Shown piece after piece: positions 10,001 through 18,226 of a stretch of 64,000 bases of DNA. The first letter of the stretch is position 1, and every line of letters starts with the position of its first letter. The translations under genes were made by a program, and so were the position numbers. The notes under the pieces are model-generated. The model had not been told where the DNA came from, made no database searches, and was given only the letters and a program-made list of their open reading frames with translations. The stretch comes from Candidatus Omnitrophota bacterium (lineage in GTDB: Bacteria; Omnitrophota; Omnitrophia; JAHJGZ01): positions 44,325 to 108,324 of the forward strand of contig JAHJGZ010000081.1 of NCBI GenBank assembly GCA_018823795.1, read 5' to 3'.

Positions 10001-10971
10001 CCGTGCAGGTGGATGCGTTTTGGGTTGGGGAAAATTATGGAGATGACATAACCCAGGAAGCAGGTTTGACGATCGATTACGATTATTACCAAAATGGCGG
10101 GACATTTGATGCTGGTGAGTATTCTATTTTCGTGGGAGGGGATTGGTTAAGTAATGGAACATTTAACGCGGGAGATTCTACCGTCATATTTAACGGTACC
10201 GACCAACGAATTCATACCTCAACGACTTTCTATAATTTATCGAAACTAACGGGAGGCGGCAACACCTTGACGTTTGAGGCAGAAGAGGAACAAGAAGTCG
10301 ATGGTCTCTTAAAACTTGAAGGTACGAGTTCGACGAGTACCTTAGCATTACGTTCTTCAGAAGAAGATACGCAATGGTCGCTCAATTTACAGGGGACCCA
10401 ATCCCTTAAATATCTCGATGTACAAGATTCAGAAGGGACCGGGCTTGCGTTAGAGGCAACGGACAGTGTTGATTCATTAAATAATACTGGTTGGACTATT
10501 ACTGCCCCAACAACGACAACTACTACTGTAACTCCTCAGACGCAGCAAACGATTAAAAGTAATGTCGTACCGGGGGTTGTTGGCACTACCGGCGGAGGTG
10601 GTACTGGCGGCGGCGGTGTTGGAGGTGACGGTGGCAGTGGCAGTGGTGGCGGTGATTCTGGTGATGGTGGTGACGGTGGCAGTGGTGGCGGTGATTCTGG
10701 TGATGTCGGTGACGGTGGCAGTGGTGGCGGTGATTCTGGTGATGGCGGTGACGGTGGCAGTGGTGGCGGTGATTCCGGTGATGTCGGTGACGGTGGCACT
10801 GGTGGTGGATCTGGCGAACAAGGTAATAATAATCGACGAGGAAGAGGACGTACCCGAAGAAGAAGACATACCCAAGGCGCACAAGGGCCTATTTATGGTA
10901 ATAACTTTGGAAACGTTAATAAAGCTGGTCATATAATCCTGCATCCAGGCGGCGTTGAACTTGTGCCGTAA
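7075..10971 (+). CDS. Two-partner-secretion exoprotein (TpsA) with a haemagglutination-type TPS domain and GLUG repeats
   Basis: Signal peptide, then a TPS-like N-terminus (VLEGNTSILANE..LVNMHGVYIAEAANIDVSSLIAST). About 10 VGGLVGY GLUG-type repeats, a Gly/Asp/Ser tandem repeat, and an Arg-rich tail. The ORF opens at GTG 7045; ATG 7075 has a GGAGG upstream. Confidence 0.85.
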   Translation: MRWCFLKNISVKKCLAICSALVFFIFTLYPYNTFAFDVSVTAGNASIAKDGDTTTVTTDGRAVLEGNTSILANEIVKVVGPNDVLFRDLTGTRTDWLGTLLAEGSVVLVNMHGVYIAEAANIDVSSLIASTLDIQNELFLTNTLSFEKVKGFDAAEILNQAHIDVAQGGYLILLADRVVNQGTLTAYLGSVVLGSGEKMTVSFDERGLVNLVVDKGLAEELKNADGTTKDQIVNSGEVHASGGRIEMTAKLLKTTLSQIVNNEGIIEAARVENNNGVIELVSSGGINLDGTLHATDVNVKAEGTLTLQNGVEIRAERSHLDAPRVELVGEGDQYFWGDMTIHNLYYDVGERDLESTTYPKRLFFEPGRTFTFLDSLHIAGSAGGYNIVTLDSIVKGSLWFIDVVVNDPYLTMIGVGSSVNIGSSILKATPSSNFGNTIGWLLNTVYWTGAVNTLWSNAGNWSGGTPDDQDVVFRIDEGKNRISNMDVADITVDSLDIDDSWQGTINLFGNMTVTNDFNLGDDSTFNETQSFAGDTPYTVTIGGDDNWDGTYNEDVYRVTTADELEGIPGKDLAGQYVLTNDIDASGIVNFIPIGENADEFTGYFEGAGFTISNLTIDRADEQNVGLFGFTDGALIRNVGLTNVDITGGASVGGLVGYLCNGSSIDNSYVSGGTVTGSDEDGENGEYVGGLVGLSYYYTTIDNSYANVTVNGIEYIGGLVGLMYYASSINNSYTTGSVSGSDNVGGLVGYTYYSTIDNAYATGTVDGANSVGGLVGYNYCYSTINKSYATGNVTGTESGVGGLVGFNDDNAEIRDSYAHGTVTGESYVGGLVGYNYNYSSIDNSYATGLVTSDDEDTAGGLVGVDNNSNGVNNSFWDTETTELEYSSGSDDEYGITTAEMKQMYTFIDEDWEPGDVWVNREGVDYPSLYWQHSYWTGLASDENWSTAGNWSGRVVPDDTKIAIFNGEGAENATIDSAVQVDAFWVGENYGDDITQEAGLTIDYDYYQNGGTFDAGEYSIFVGGDWLSNGTFNAGDSTVIFNGTDQRIHTSTTFYNLSKLTGGGNTLTFEAEEEQEVDGLLKLEGTSSTSTLALRSSEEDTQWSLNLQGTQSLKYLDVQDSEGTGLALEATDSVDSLNNTGWTITAPTTTTTTVTPQTQQTIKSNVVPGVVGTTGGGGTGGGGVGGDGGSGSGGGDSGDGGDGGSGGGDSGDVGDGGSGGGDSGDGGDGGSGGGDSGDVGDGGTGGGSGEQGNNNRRGRGRTRRRRHTQGAQGPIYGNNFGNVNKAGHIILHPGGVELVP
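10624..10810 (+). repeat. 39-nt (13-aa) tandem repeat, about 4.5 copies, inside tpsA
   Basis: GGTGACGGTGGCAGTGGTGGCGGTGATTCTGGTGATG(G/T)(T/C) units encoding GDGGSGGGDSGD(G/V). Confidence 0.85.
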
Positions 10972-10995
10972 TAATAATAGAAGAGGACATCTTTC

Positions 10996-12729
10996 ATGAA
11001 GTCAACACAGTGTATTTTCCTCTGGTTATTCTTGGTGATTGTAAATCTCTGTTGTGGTGATCTTCTTTTTGCGCAGACATCGTTGGGTGATCGACGAGAA
11101 GAAGTACAGCGGGACATTTCTACACAGACTGATTTACTACAAGAAGAGAAGATCGCTATTGCGGGACGCGAAGGAGCGCCGGTAATTGAAGAAAAAAAAG
11201 CACCTGAGGTAACGGCGGAAGAAGGGCCTACATTTTTTGTTAAGAAGATTGTTATTGAAGGCAACACACTTCTTACGAGTGAAGAACTTCTCACGTACGC
11301 AGCTCCATTTGAGGGGCGGGAACTTTCTTTCCGTGAATTGAAAGCTTTTGCTGATTTGGTAAGCGCAGAGTATCTGCGGAACGGATATACAACAAGCCGT
11401 GCCTATATTCCTCCACAAAAAATTACTGATGGTACTGTTATCGTACAGGTCCTCGAAGGGATTGTAGGGACCATTGAGGTAACCGGCAATCGATGGTTTC
11501 GAGAACAAGTATACCGGGATGCCCTTTCATTTGACACCGGAAATTTTCTAGAGATTGCAGATCTTGAAAATGCACTCCGCGAAATCAATACGTCACCAGA
11601 CCGTTCAGTGCGAGCATATCTTGAGCCGGGTACAGAAACAGGAACAACCGATGTTACGTTAAAAGCTAAGGATAATTTTCCGCTGCACGCGTCATTAGAA
11701 TATAATCGTCGGGGAACAAAATTAACTCACCGTTCCCGGTATTTGCTGCGTTTGACTGATAATAATGTGTTTGGATTCGGGGATCGTTTAAATACCGCTT
11801 TCTCGTTCGCAGAGCAAAGTGCGCTTCTCGGAGGTTCGTTTAGTTATGAATTTCCGTGGCAGAAGACAGGGACTCTGTATCGATTTGATGCTTCAGTCGC
11901 ACGGACGCGGCTTCAGAAAGAGATGCGTGCACGTGGGGTAAACGGTGAACCGTTTAATCTCGGGTTTGGGGTGACACAGAAACTCCTCGAGACACGGCAT
12001 GTGAAATTAGACGGCGCATTTGGTTTAGAATATAAAGATTCTAAGACAACAGTTGGCGGGGACAAACTTTCGTATGATCGTTCGCGTGTATTTGTTGTTG
12101 GACCGCGTGTTACGGTGAATGACCGTTATGGGAGAACATTTGGTGCGAGCGATCTCCACGTGGGCATTCCGCGTATTTTGAATGGTTTAGATCATCATGA
12201 TTCAAAGGCAAGCCGGGTAAAATCAGGCGGAAGATTTCAATATCTCACTCTGAACCTTGCGCGCTTGCAGCGATTGTGTTTCGGCGCGACATTTTTGATG
12301 CAGGCAGGAGGACAATGGAGTCCGTATCCGTTGACGGCGCTTGAGCAATTTTATTTAGGTGGAATGTCGTCAGTGCGCGGGTATCCTGAGAGCGATTCTT
12401 CGGGGGACAGCGGGTATAATTTTTCAACAGAAGTTCGCGTGCCCCCTTATTTTATTCCTAAGACATGGCGGGTCGTCGGGTATGAGGATAAAACGTGGCG
12501 TGATGCAATTTCGTTAATAGGTTTTATTGAAGGCGGTCGTTGTTTTAATTTGAAACGTCAAGAAGCCTTTTCACTAAAAAACCGCACTTTGCTTGCTACC
12601 GGGTTCGGATTACGTTTTTATGTAACGCCAGATACCAATCTTCAGTTCTCAGTGGGGTATCCGTTTGGCGACGAATCAACTGATAAAGACCGCCCGCAGA
12701 TTCAACTTGCTGCCCGTTTTGGATTTTAA
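10996..12729 (+). CDS. ShlB/FhaC/HecB-family TpsB outer-membrane translocator
   Basis: Signal peptide, POTRA-like region (FFVKKIVIEGNTLL), and a beta-barrel ending ...QLAARFGF. Immediately downstream of tpsA. Confidence 0.85.
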   Translation: MKSTQCIFLWLFLVIVNLCCGDLLFAQTSLGDRREEVQRDISTQTDLLQEEKIAIAGREGAPVIEEKKAPEVTAEEGPTFFVKKIVIEGNTLLTSEELLTYAAPFEGRELSFRELKAFADLVSAEYLRNGYTTSRAYIPPQKITDGTVIVQVLEGIVGTIEVTGNRWFREQVYRDALSFDTGNFLEIADLENALREINTSPDRSVRAYLEPGTETGTTDVTLKAKDNFPLHASLEYNRRGTKLTHRSRYLLRLTDNNVFGFGDRLNTAFSFAEQSALLGGSFSYEFPWQKTGTLYRFDASVARTRLQKEMRARGVNGEPFNLGFGVTQKLLETRHVKLDGAFGLEYKDSKTTVGGDKLSYDRSRVFVVGPRVTVNDRYGRTFGASDLHVGIPRILNGLDHHDSKASRVKSGGRFQYLTLNLARLQRLCFGATFLMQAGGQWSPYPLTALEQFYLGGMSSVRGYPESDSSGDSGYNFSTEVRVPPYFIPKTWRVVGYEDKTWRDAISLIGFIEGGRCFNLKRQEAFSLKNRTLLATGFGLRFYVTPDTNLQFSVGYPFGDESTDKDRPQIQLAARFGF

Positions 12730-12940
12730 AAATTGAGATAGCCACGAACGGCACTGACTTACGGAAACCCCATTGTTTTATGCGTTGTTACAATAACGCT
12801 ACCATAAATTTCCACACTATAGTTTCTAGTGTCAAAAAGGTTTATCATTGTTTCTTTTACGTTTACAGTGTTACCTGAGCGGTCGTTGTTTTGCAAGTCT
12901 GTGTCGAATGAGTATACAATAATCATACGGGTGATATGGT

Positions 12941-14314
12941 ATGAAGCAGATGAAAATTTTATTAGTAAGTAGTTTAATTATACTGTTGCCTGTGTTCGTG
13001 TGGGCGTATATTGATCCAGGGACCGGCGGGTACGTTATCAGTCCATTTCCTTTCATTATGCTCGGTGTTTTTTTTCTGATTGCCGCAGCTTTTATACTGT
13101 ATCTCTTCCGTAACACTATTGGTAGACGGCTTTTTTTTCTCTGGAAAAAACTCCGAGTTATTTTTATTACGAGTAGTATACTTATAGTAACCAGTGCGGC
13201 GGTTTTATTGTACCAGCGCTTTCATGAACCCGGCCTTCCACCATTTAATGTGGCATTGTCGGGTGCACATATTCGTGATGCTTCACGGATATGTCCGGGA
13301 TACAATTTGTATGGAGGGAAACTTATTGACAATGAAGGGCGTGTGCTCAAGAAATGGGCAAGCATATCTTTAGGTACCATTGACACGAATGGTGATTATT
13401 ACGCACAAAAATATTATGAGGCACCTGTGTGGGGGAGGTATACATGGGATGATACGATTATCTGGGAAAAACATTTTCCAGTTCATCATGAGATCTTACT
13501 CACCCCACGCAATACGATTATAACGTTTACTAAAGAAGTACACGAATATAACGGCCGTTCTGTTGAGTTCGATGTTATCGTGGAGTTTGACAAAGAGGGG
13601 CGTGAGCTTGAACGTTTTTCATTCTGGGATCATCTCAAAGAGTTTCAAGCATATCATCGTAAGCTTGAGCTCGATATGCCGCCGCATGTTTTAATCCCCG
13701 AAAGTCATCGCAAAGAAAAAAGTATTTGGGGTGGTCATTATGATTATTACCATCTCAATTCATTATCGCTGGTCCCTCAGAATCGAATGGAAAAAAAGCA
13801 TCCCGCATTTCGGCCGGGGAACTGGCTGATCAGTTTTCGTCACGGCAGTATAGTTTTTATTCTTGATCAAGACACTAAAAAAGTGCTTTGGCGCGCCATT
13901 GATAAGCAGGTGTCTGATCGTCTTGAGGGGCCTCACGCGCCGACAATGCTTCCGAATGGCAATATTCTCATTTTTGACAATGGCCGGTACCGGAAATGGT
14001 CACGTGTCATTGAGATTGATCCCGTAACACTCAACGTTGTCTGGGAATACCGTGACAAGAAATTTTATTCTCTTTCACAAGGGTATGTTCAGAACCTCCC
14101 TAATGGGAATAGGTTAGTAACAGAGGCCGAGAAGGGCTATGCGTTTGAAATAACGCCGGATAAGAAAATTGTCTGGGAATATTACCACCCTGACCAGCAA
14201 AATGCATCAAATTCAACGGATAAGAAAAAATGGGGTTTACGCCAAGAAATCTATCGAATGAGGCGTTATGCCCCGGAAATGATCGACCTGTTACTTAAAA
14301 AAAATAGTACGTAG
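12941..14314 (+). CDS. Arylsulfotransferase (ASST)-like beta-propeller protein with N-terminal TM segments
   Basis: YDYYHLNS, GNILIFDNGRYRKWSRVIEIDP and VWEY motifs. Paralog of 29920..31131. Confidence 0.6.
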   Translation: MKQMKILLVSSLIILLPVFVWAYIDPGTGGYVISPFPFIMLGVFFLIAAAFILYLFRNTIGRRLFFLWKKLRVIFITSSILIVTSAAVLLYQRFHEPGLPPFNVALSGAHIRDASRICPGYNLYGGKLIDNEGRVLKKWASISLGTIDTNGDYYAQKYYEAPVWGRYTWDDTIIWEKHFPVHHEILLTPRNTIITFTKEVHEYNGRSVEFDVIVEFDKEGRELERFSFWDHLKEFQAYHRKLELDMPPHVLIPESHRKEKSIWGGHYDYYHLNSLSLVPQNRMEKKHPAFRPGNWLISFRHGSIVFILDQDTKKVLWRAIDKQVSDRLEGPHAPTMLPNGNILIFDNGRYRKWSRVIEIDPVTLNVVWEYRDKKFYSLSQGYVQNLPNGNRLVTEAEKGYAFEITPDKKIVWEYYHPDQQNASNSTDKKKWGLRQEIYRMRRYAPEMIDLLLKKNST

Positions 14315-14441
14315 TTCTTCTAGGGACACAATGCCTAATTGAGATACGTACTGTGGTCCCGGAATTCATACAGAAAGTTACTATGGAGTGGTTATAAAAA
14401 TTCCAACCTCGTACTCTGAAATCGTATATACTACTATAATC

Positions 14442-15764
14442 ATGCCTAAACGTAAAAAAAAACACATTTCAAAAATAAGTCTCGCAACCAGTACGGACAT
14501 CCCCGCCGATTTTGATTTCAATGAAGAATTTAAAGCCGCTTTTTCTTTGATGGAAAATACCAATGAGCATATCTTTATTACCGGAAAAGCCGGGACCGGC
14601 AAGTCGACCTTGCTGCAGTATTTCAAGCTCCATACAGAAAAAAAGATAGTGGTCTTAGCGCCGACGGGGGTTGCAGCGATCAAGGTCCACGGCCAAACGA
14701 TACATTCATTTTTTCATCTGCCGCCCCGTTTTATAAAAAAAGAACATGTAAAGCGATTACGGAAAAGTGAGTTGTTGAAACGTATTAATGCAATTGTCAT
14801 AGACGAGGTTTCTATGGTCCGCGCCGATCTTTTAGACGGTATCGATTATTCCCTTCGGGTGAATAGGGGAAGGCCTGATGAGCCTTTTGGCGGCGTGCAG
14901 ATGATCCTGTTTGGTGATCTCTTTCAACTGGCACCGGTCGTAAATAGAGATAGCAAAGACATACTCGCCTCATCATATGACAGCCCGTATTTTTTTAGTG
15001 CTGCGGTGATGGAAAAAATAGATCTTCGCCATCATGAACTGCATAAAATATACCGCCAAAAAGAGGAAACGTTCATTAATCTGCTCAATAAGGTACGCGT
15101 CAAAAATTGTGATGATGATGATTTGGATGCGCTCAAGCAAAGGGTCTGTTCAGACCTTGAGCATGGCTCCGGCGGTGTCATTACGCTTACGACGACCAAT
15201 AGTGATGCCTATACCATTAACACCGATTGTTTAAAAAGGATCGGTGCCGATGAGTTTCGCTATACGGCTACGATAACGGGAACGTTCGATAAAGGGGCCT
15301 ATCCGACCGAAGAGTGTTTGATCCTCAAAAAGAATGCACAGGTGATGTTAATAAAAAATGATCCTCAGAGACGATGGGTGAACGGAACGCTTGGTGAAAT
15401 TGAAGCCTTGAATGAATATTCTATTATGGTAAAAATAAAAGATACGACCTATGAAGTAGAGAAAGTACAATGGGAGAAGATCGCCTATATATTTAATCAT
15501 CATAAACAAAAAGTGGAGGAAAAAGTTGTCGGCTCATTTGAACAATATCCTTTAAAGTTGGCATGGGCGATAACTATCCATAAAAGCCAGGGACAAACGT
15601 TTGATAATGTTATCATTGATATGGGGTACGGAGCGTTTACCCATGGGCAGACCTATGTGGCATTAAGCCGGTGCACCAGTTTTAAAGGGGTTCGATTAAA
15701 GAAGCCGGTCATTTTTAGTGATATTATTTTTGACAACCGTATTTATGAATACTGCAATAAATGA
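14442..15764 (+). CDS. pif1: Pif1/RecD-like SF1B DNA helicase
   Basis: FITGKAGTGKST (Walker A), IVIDEVSMV, FGDLFQLAPV, ITIHKSQGQTFD, YVALSRC. The ORF opens at 14388 and ATG 14442 was chosen. The stop TGA lies in an AAATGA connector. Confidence 0.85.
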   Translation: MPKRKKKHISKISLATSTDIPADFDFNEEFKAAFSLMENTNEHIFITGKAGTGKSTLLQYFKLHTEKKIVVLAPTGVAAIKVHGQTIHSFFHLPPRFIKKEHVKRLRKSELLKRINAIVIDEVSMVRADLLDGIDYSLRVNRGRPDEPFGGVQMILFGDLFQLAPVVNRDSKDILASSYDSPYFFSAAVMEKIDLRHHELHKIYRQKEETFINLLNKVRVKNCDDDDLDALKQRVCSDLEHGSGGVITLTTTNSDAYTINTDCLKRIGADEFRYTATITGTFDKGAYPTEECLILKKNAQVMLIKNDPQRRWVNGTLGEIEALNEYSIMVKIKDTTYEVEKVQWEKIAYIFNHHKQKVEEKVVGSFEQYPLKLAWAITIHKSQGQTFDNVIIDMGYGAFTHGQTYVALSRCTSFKGVRLKKPVIFSDIIFDNRIYEYCNK

Positions 15765-15937
15765 GGCCATACTTTATGGAGTCCTATAGGACGACATAAA
15801 GTATAGGGCCGAATTTATCCTCGCCGCTTTGCTACGCTTGTCTGTCTAAGACGCACACAAGCGTAGCTGGCGGGGATAAATGAAAAGACTTTTGCCGCCG
15901 CTTTGCTTCGGTTTGAGAAGCTGGCGGGGGCAAATGA
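15758..15937. repeat. Hairpin-module cluster (3 modules)
   Basis: Module order: AAATGA, GGCCATACTTTATGG..CATAAAGTATAGGGCC, GAATTTA, two CGCCGC..GGCGGGG hairpins, CAAATGA. Confidence 0.8.
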
Positions 15938-15962
15938 AATGAGAAAATAGGAACAATCGAGG

Positions 15963-16220
15963 ATGAAGAAGACGCCTTCCATGCCCGCCCGCAATGATAC
16001 TAAGGCTAAAAAAAATAAAGACCCGTTGCATGGAGTTACGCTCGAGTGTATGGTGAAGCGTTTACAAGAATTGTATGGCTGGGAGGAGTTAGGGCGAAGA
16101 ATAAAAATAAACTGTTTTAATCATGATCCCAGTATACAGTCGAGCCTCACATTCTTACGAAGGACTCCGTGGGCCCGGAAAAAAGTAGAAAGGTTGTATG
16201 TAAATGAAGACACAACTTAG
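15963..16220 (+). CDS. VF530/DUF2132-family small DNA-binding-fold protein
   Basis: [61 protein letters not shown]. The last 5 codons are read from a hairpin module. Confidence 0.7.
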   Translation: MKKTPSMPARNDTKAKKNKDPLHGVTLECMVKRLQELYGWEELGRRIKINCFNHDPSIQSSLTFLRRTPWARKKVERLYVNEDTT

Positions 16221-16607
16221 CGAACGAAGTGAAGCTAAGTTGTGTGTCTGAATTTACCCAGCACCCAGCAGAACAAATATGTATTATGTTTATGTTTTAA
16301 AAAATATTAAAGATAAAAATCTTTATTATTGATATACGCGTGATTTAAGTCGTCGTCATAAAGAACATAATACGAATAAAAAAAGTGGGAGTTGGTTTAT
16401 TGCGAAGCGCATAAATTAGAAATCGACGCTCGGAAGAGAGAAAAAAGATTAAAACAATATGGCCAAGCACGCAGTGGTCTTAAATCACACATTAAGGAAT
16501 CGCTGAGATAGTACAACTGGGTGCTGGGTTAATTCCTGCCTGCCGGCAGGCACACAGTAACTTATGTCGTTCATCCTGAACTTCCATAAGTTACGTGTTC
16601 ATTAAAG
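16201..16607. repeat. Hairpin-module cluster in which one module carries a GIY-YIG pseudogene as its loop
   Basis: Module order: AAATGA, GACACAACTTAGC/GCTAAGTTGTGTGTC, GAATTTA, CCCAGCACCCAG (16257-16268), the ORF, CTGGGTGCTGGG (16517-16528), TTAATTC, CCTGCCTGCCGGCAGG, ACAGTAACTTATG/CATAAGTTACGTGT, TCATTAAAG. Confidence 0.8.
16279..16511 (+). pseudogene. Degraded GIY-YIG (URI-domain, COG2827-like) nuclease gene
   Basis: MYYVYVLKNIKDKNLYY, then TGA at 16330, then YTRDLSRRHKEHNTNKKSGSW. After a 1-nt frame change near 16395 it reads VYCEAHKLEIDARKREKRLKQYGQARSGLKSHIKESLR and ends at 16511. Confidence 0.75.
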
Positions 16608-16618
16608 AGAGTATTCTT

Positions 16619-17575
16619 ATGCGGGTAATCGTTAGAAATAGTTTATTTGCTGTAATCATATTGATACTTTTTTTCTTCGGCCTGGAAGTAATAAGTAGAT
16701 TGCTACCTTTCGATTATAGGGAAGTTCATAACGGTTATACGTTAAATGATCCGTATTTGTTTTGGAAACCACATTATTTTAATGATTTGCTGAATGAAGA
16801 AAGTAAACAAGCAAACGAATACAGGATTGTAGCGTTAGGAGATTCCTGCACAGCTGGTGAAGGATGTGACGGAGAAACCTATGTTTACCTTTTAAAGAAG
16901 TTGTTACAGGAGCATATGCCGAGAAAGAATTTTAAAACGTACAACTTAGGAGTTGTCGGGTATTCGAGTTTTCAAGCACTACGGACACATAAGAGATATG
17001 GCACCTATTTGAAACCGAATGTAATCATCATATATGTAGCCTGGAATGATATATGGAGAAGTTATATAAGTGATAAACAATTGAGTAAACATTTATCGAG
17101 GTTTCATATTCTCAATAAACTGCATATTATTAAACTGATGAGGAAATGCCTGACAAAAGTTAAGCCGTATCCGAACTTTCCACTTGTTCATCGTGTCACA
17201 CGGGAAGAGATGCGAAAGAACATATTAGAAATGATTCAGATAGCGCACAATCAAAATGCACATACGATAATTATTGTTCCGCCGTTTTTATATGATCAAG
17301 AAGGAAATAAACCGTATAAAGATGACATAAAACCTTATTTAGACACTATTCGTTCTATTCGTACAGATAATAACGTAACTCTACTTGACCTGCAGGGATA
17401 CTTTGCTAACAAGACGGATATGTTTGCTATTAACCACGAAGAAGATTATATCTACAGCACAAAAGATGGGGTAGATACGATTCATCCAAGTGCAAAAGGG
17501 CATCGATGTATAGCGAATGAATTATACAAGGTCGTTTGTAGTATATTGCCGCCTGCTGGCAGGCAGGCGAAGTGA
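16619..17575 (+). CDS. SGNH/GDSL-family hydrolase with an N-terminal membrane anchor
   Basis: VALGDSCTAGEG (block I) and DTIHPSAKGH (block V). ATG 16619 was chosen because upstream codons belong to a repeat. The C-terminal PPAGRQAK and stop lie in a CCTGC..GGCAGG module. Confidence 0.75.
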   Translation: MRVIVRNSLFAVIILILFFFGLEVISRLLPFDYREVHNGYTLNDPYLFWKPHYFNDLLNEESKQANEYRIVALGDSCTAGEGCDGETYVYLLKKLLQEHMPRKNFKTYNLGVVGYSSFQALRTHKRYGTYLKPNVIIIYVAWNDIWRSYISDKQLSKHLSRFHILNKLHIIKLMRKCLTKVKPYPNFPLVHRVTREEMRKNILEMIQIAHNQNAHTIIIVPPFLYDQEGNKPYKDDIKPYLDTIRSIRTDNNVTLLDLQGYFANKTDMFAINHEEDYIYSTKDGVDTIHPSAKGHRCIANELYKVVCSILPPAGRQAK

Positions 17576-17776
17576 TGTAAAGCATAAGTATGAACATATA
17601 TTTTTCCAGCTAGCTGGCAGAGAAGTCAGAGTGGACAAAATTAATATTCGTTTCATTTACCCCGTCTCGAAAGCGGCGGCAAAGCCCTTTCAGGGATTTG
17701 CCGCCCTCGACGGGATTAATTCGCGCAAATGACTTACGTCGTCTGACGACTTCCGTAAGTCATGCGCTCATTAAAG
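17549..17776. repeat. Hairpin-module cluster (4-5 modules, some degraded)
   Basis: Module order: CCGCCTGCTGGCAGGCAGGCG, AAGTGA, a degraded TACTTT..CAGC palindrome, TCATTTA, CCCCGTCTCG..CGACGGG (17660-17714), ATTAATTC, GCGCAAATGACTTACG/CGTAAGTCATGCGC, TCATTAAAG. Confidence 0.8.
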
Positions 17777-17787
17777 TGATCTAACAT

Positions 17788-18156
17788 ATGAGTCCATGTC
17801 GAAAATGTACCGCAGAATGCTGTCGCTATATTGCTCAGCAAATTGATGCACCACGGAGTAAGGAAGCGTTCGAACATATACGGTGGTTTCTTGCGCATAA
17901 ACACGTTTCTGTGTATATCGAGAAACGAAAATGGTACTTAGAGTTTAAAACTGATTGTAAGTATATGGGGCCGGATCACACCTGTACGATTTATGCGAAA
18001 CGTCCCCAGATATGCCGTGAGCATAAGATCAGTGAATGCGAATACCACCCGGGGGCTTTTGACCATGAGGTCGTGTTTACCACACTCGAATCATTTGATA
18101 CATACCTTAAAAAACGTTTTCCCTCAAAGAAGAAAAAACGTATTAGACGTACCTAG
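17788..18156 (+). CDS. YkgJ-family (UPF0153) cysteine-cluster protein
   Basis: N-terminal CRKCTAECC motif plus downstream Cys residues, 122 aa. Confidence 0.7.
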   Translation: MSPCRKCTAECCRYIAQQIDAPRSKEAFEHIRWFLAHKHVSVYIEKRKWYLEFKTDCKYMGPDHTCTIYAKRPQICREHKISECEYHPGAFDHEVVFTTLESFDTYLKKRFPSKKKKRIRRT

Positions 18157-18226
18157 AAAATCTGCTATAATCTTCTTACCAAGGGAACTAAAGTTTACGT
18201 TTTTCAGTCTAATCATAATGTGATAT

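Noticed and set aside
10477-10944. Four overlapping ORFs on both strands inside the tpsA 3-prime region (10477..10944, 10536..10799, 10562..10936, 10586..10882), with Pro-rich, His-rich and Val-rich translations.
   Set aside because: They are artefacts of the GGT/GAT/GGC tandem repeat being open in several frames. The tpsA frame is continuous and has upstream domain support.
16330-16332. Alternative genetic code. The in-frame TGA in the GIY-YIG ORF falls where a Gly (YIGYT) is expected, and dnaB has an in-frame TAA.
   Set aside because: Dozens of full-length genes in the window terminate at TGA or TAA with normal lengths. The GIY-YIG ORF also has a frameshift. Ordinary decay or sequencing error is more parsimonious than recoding.
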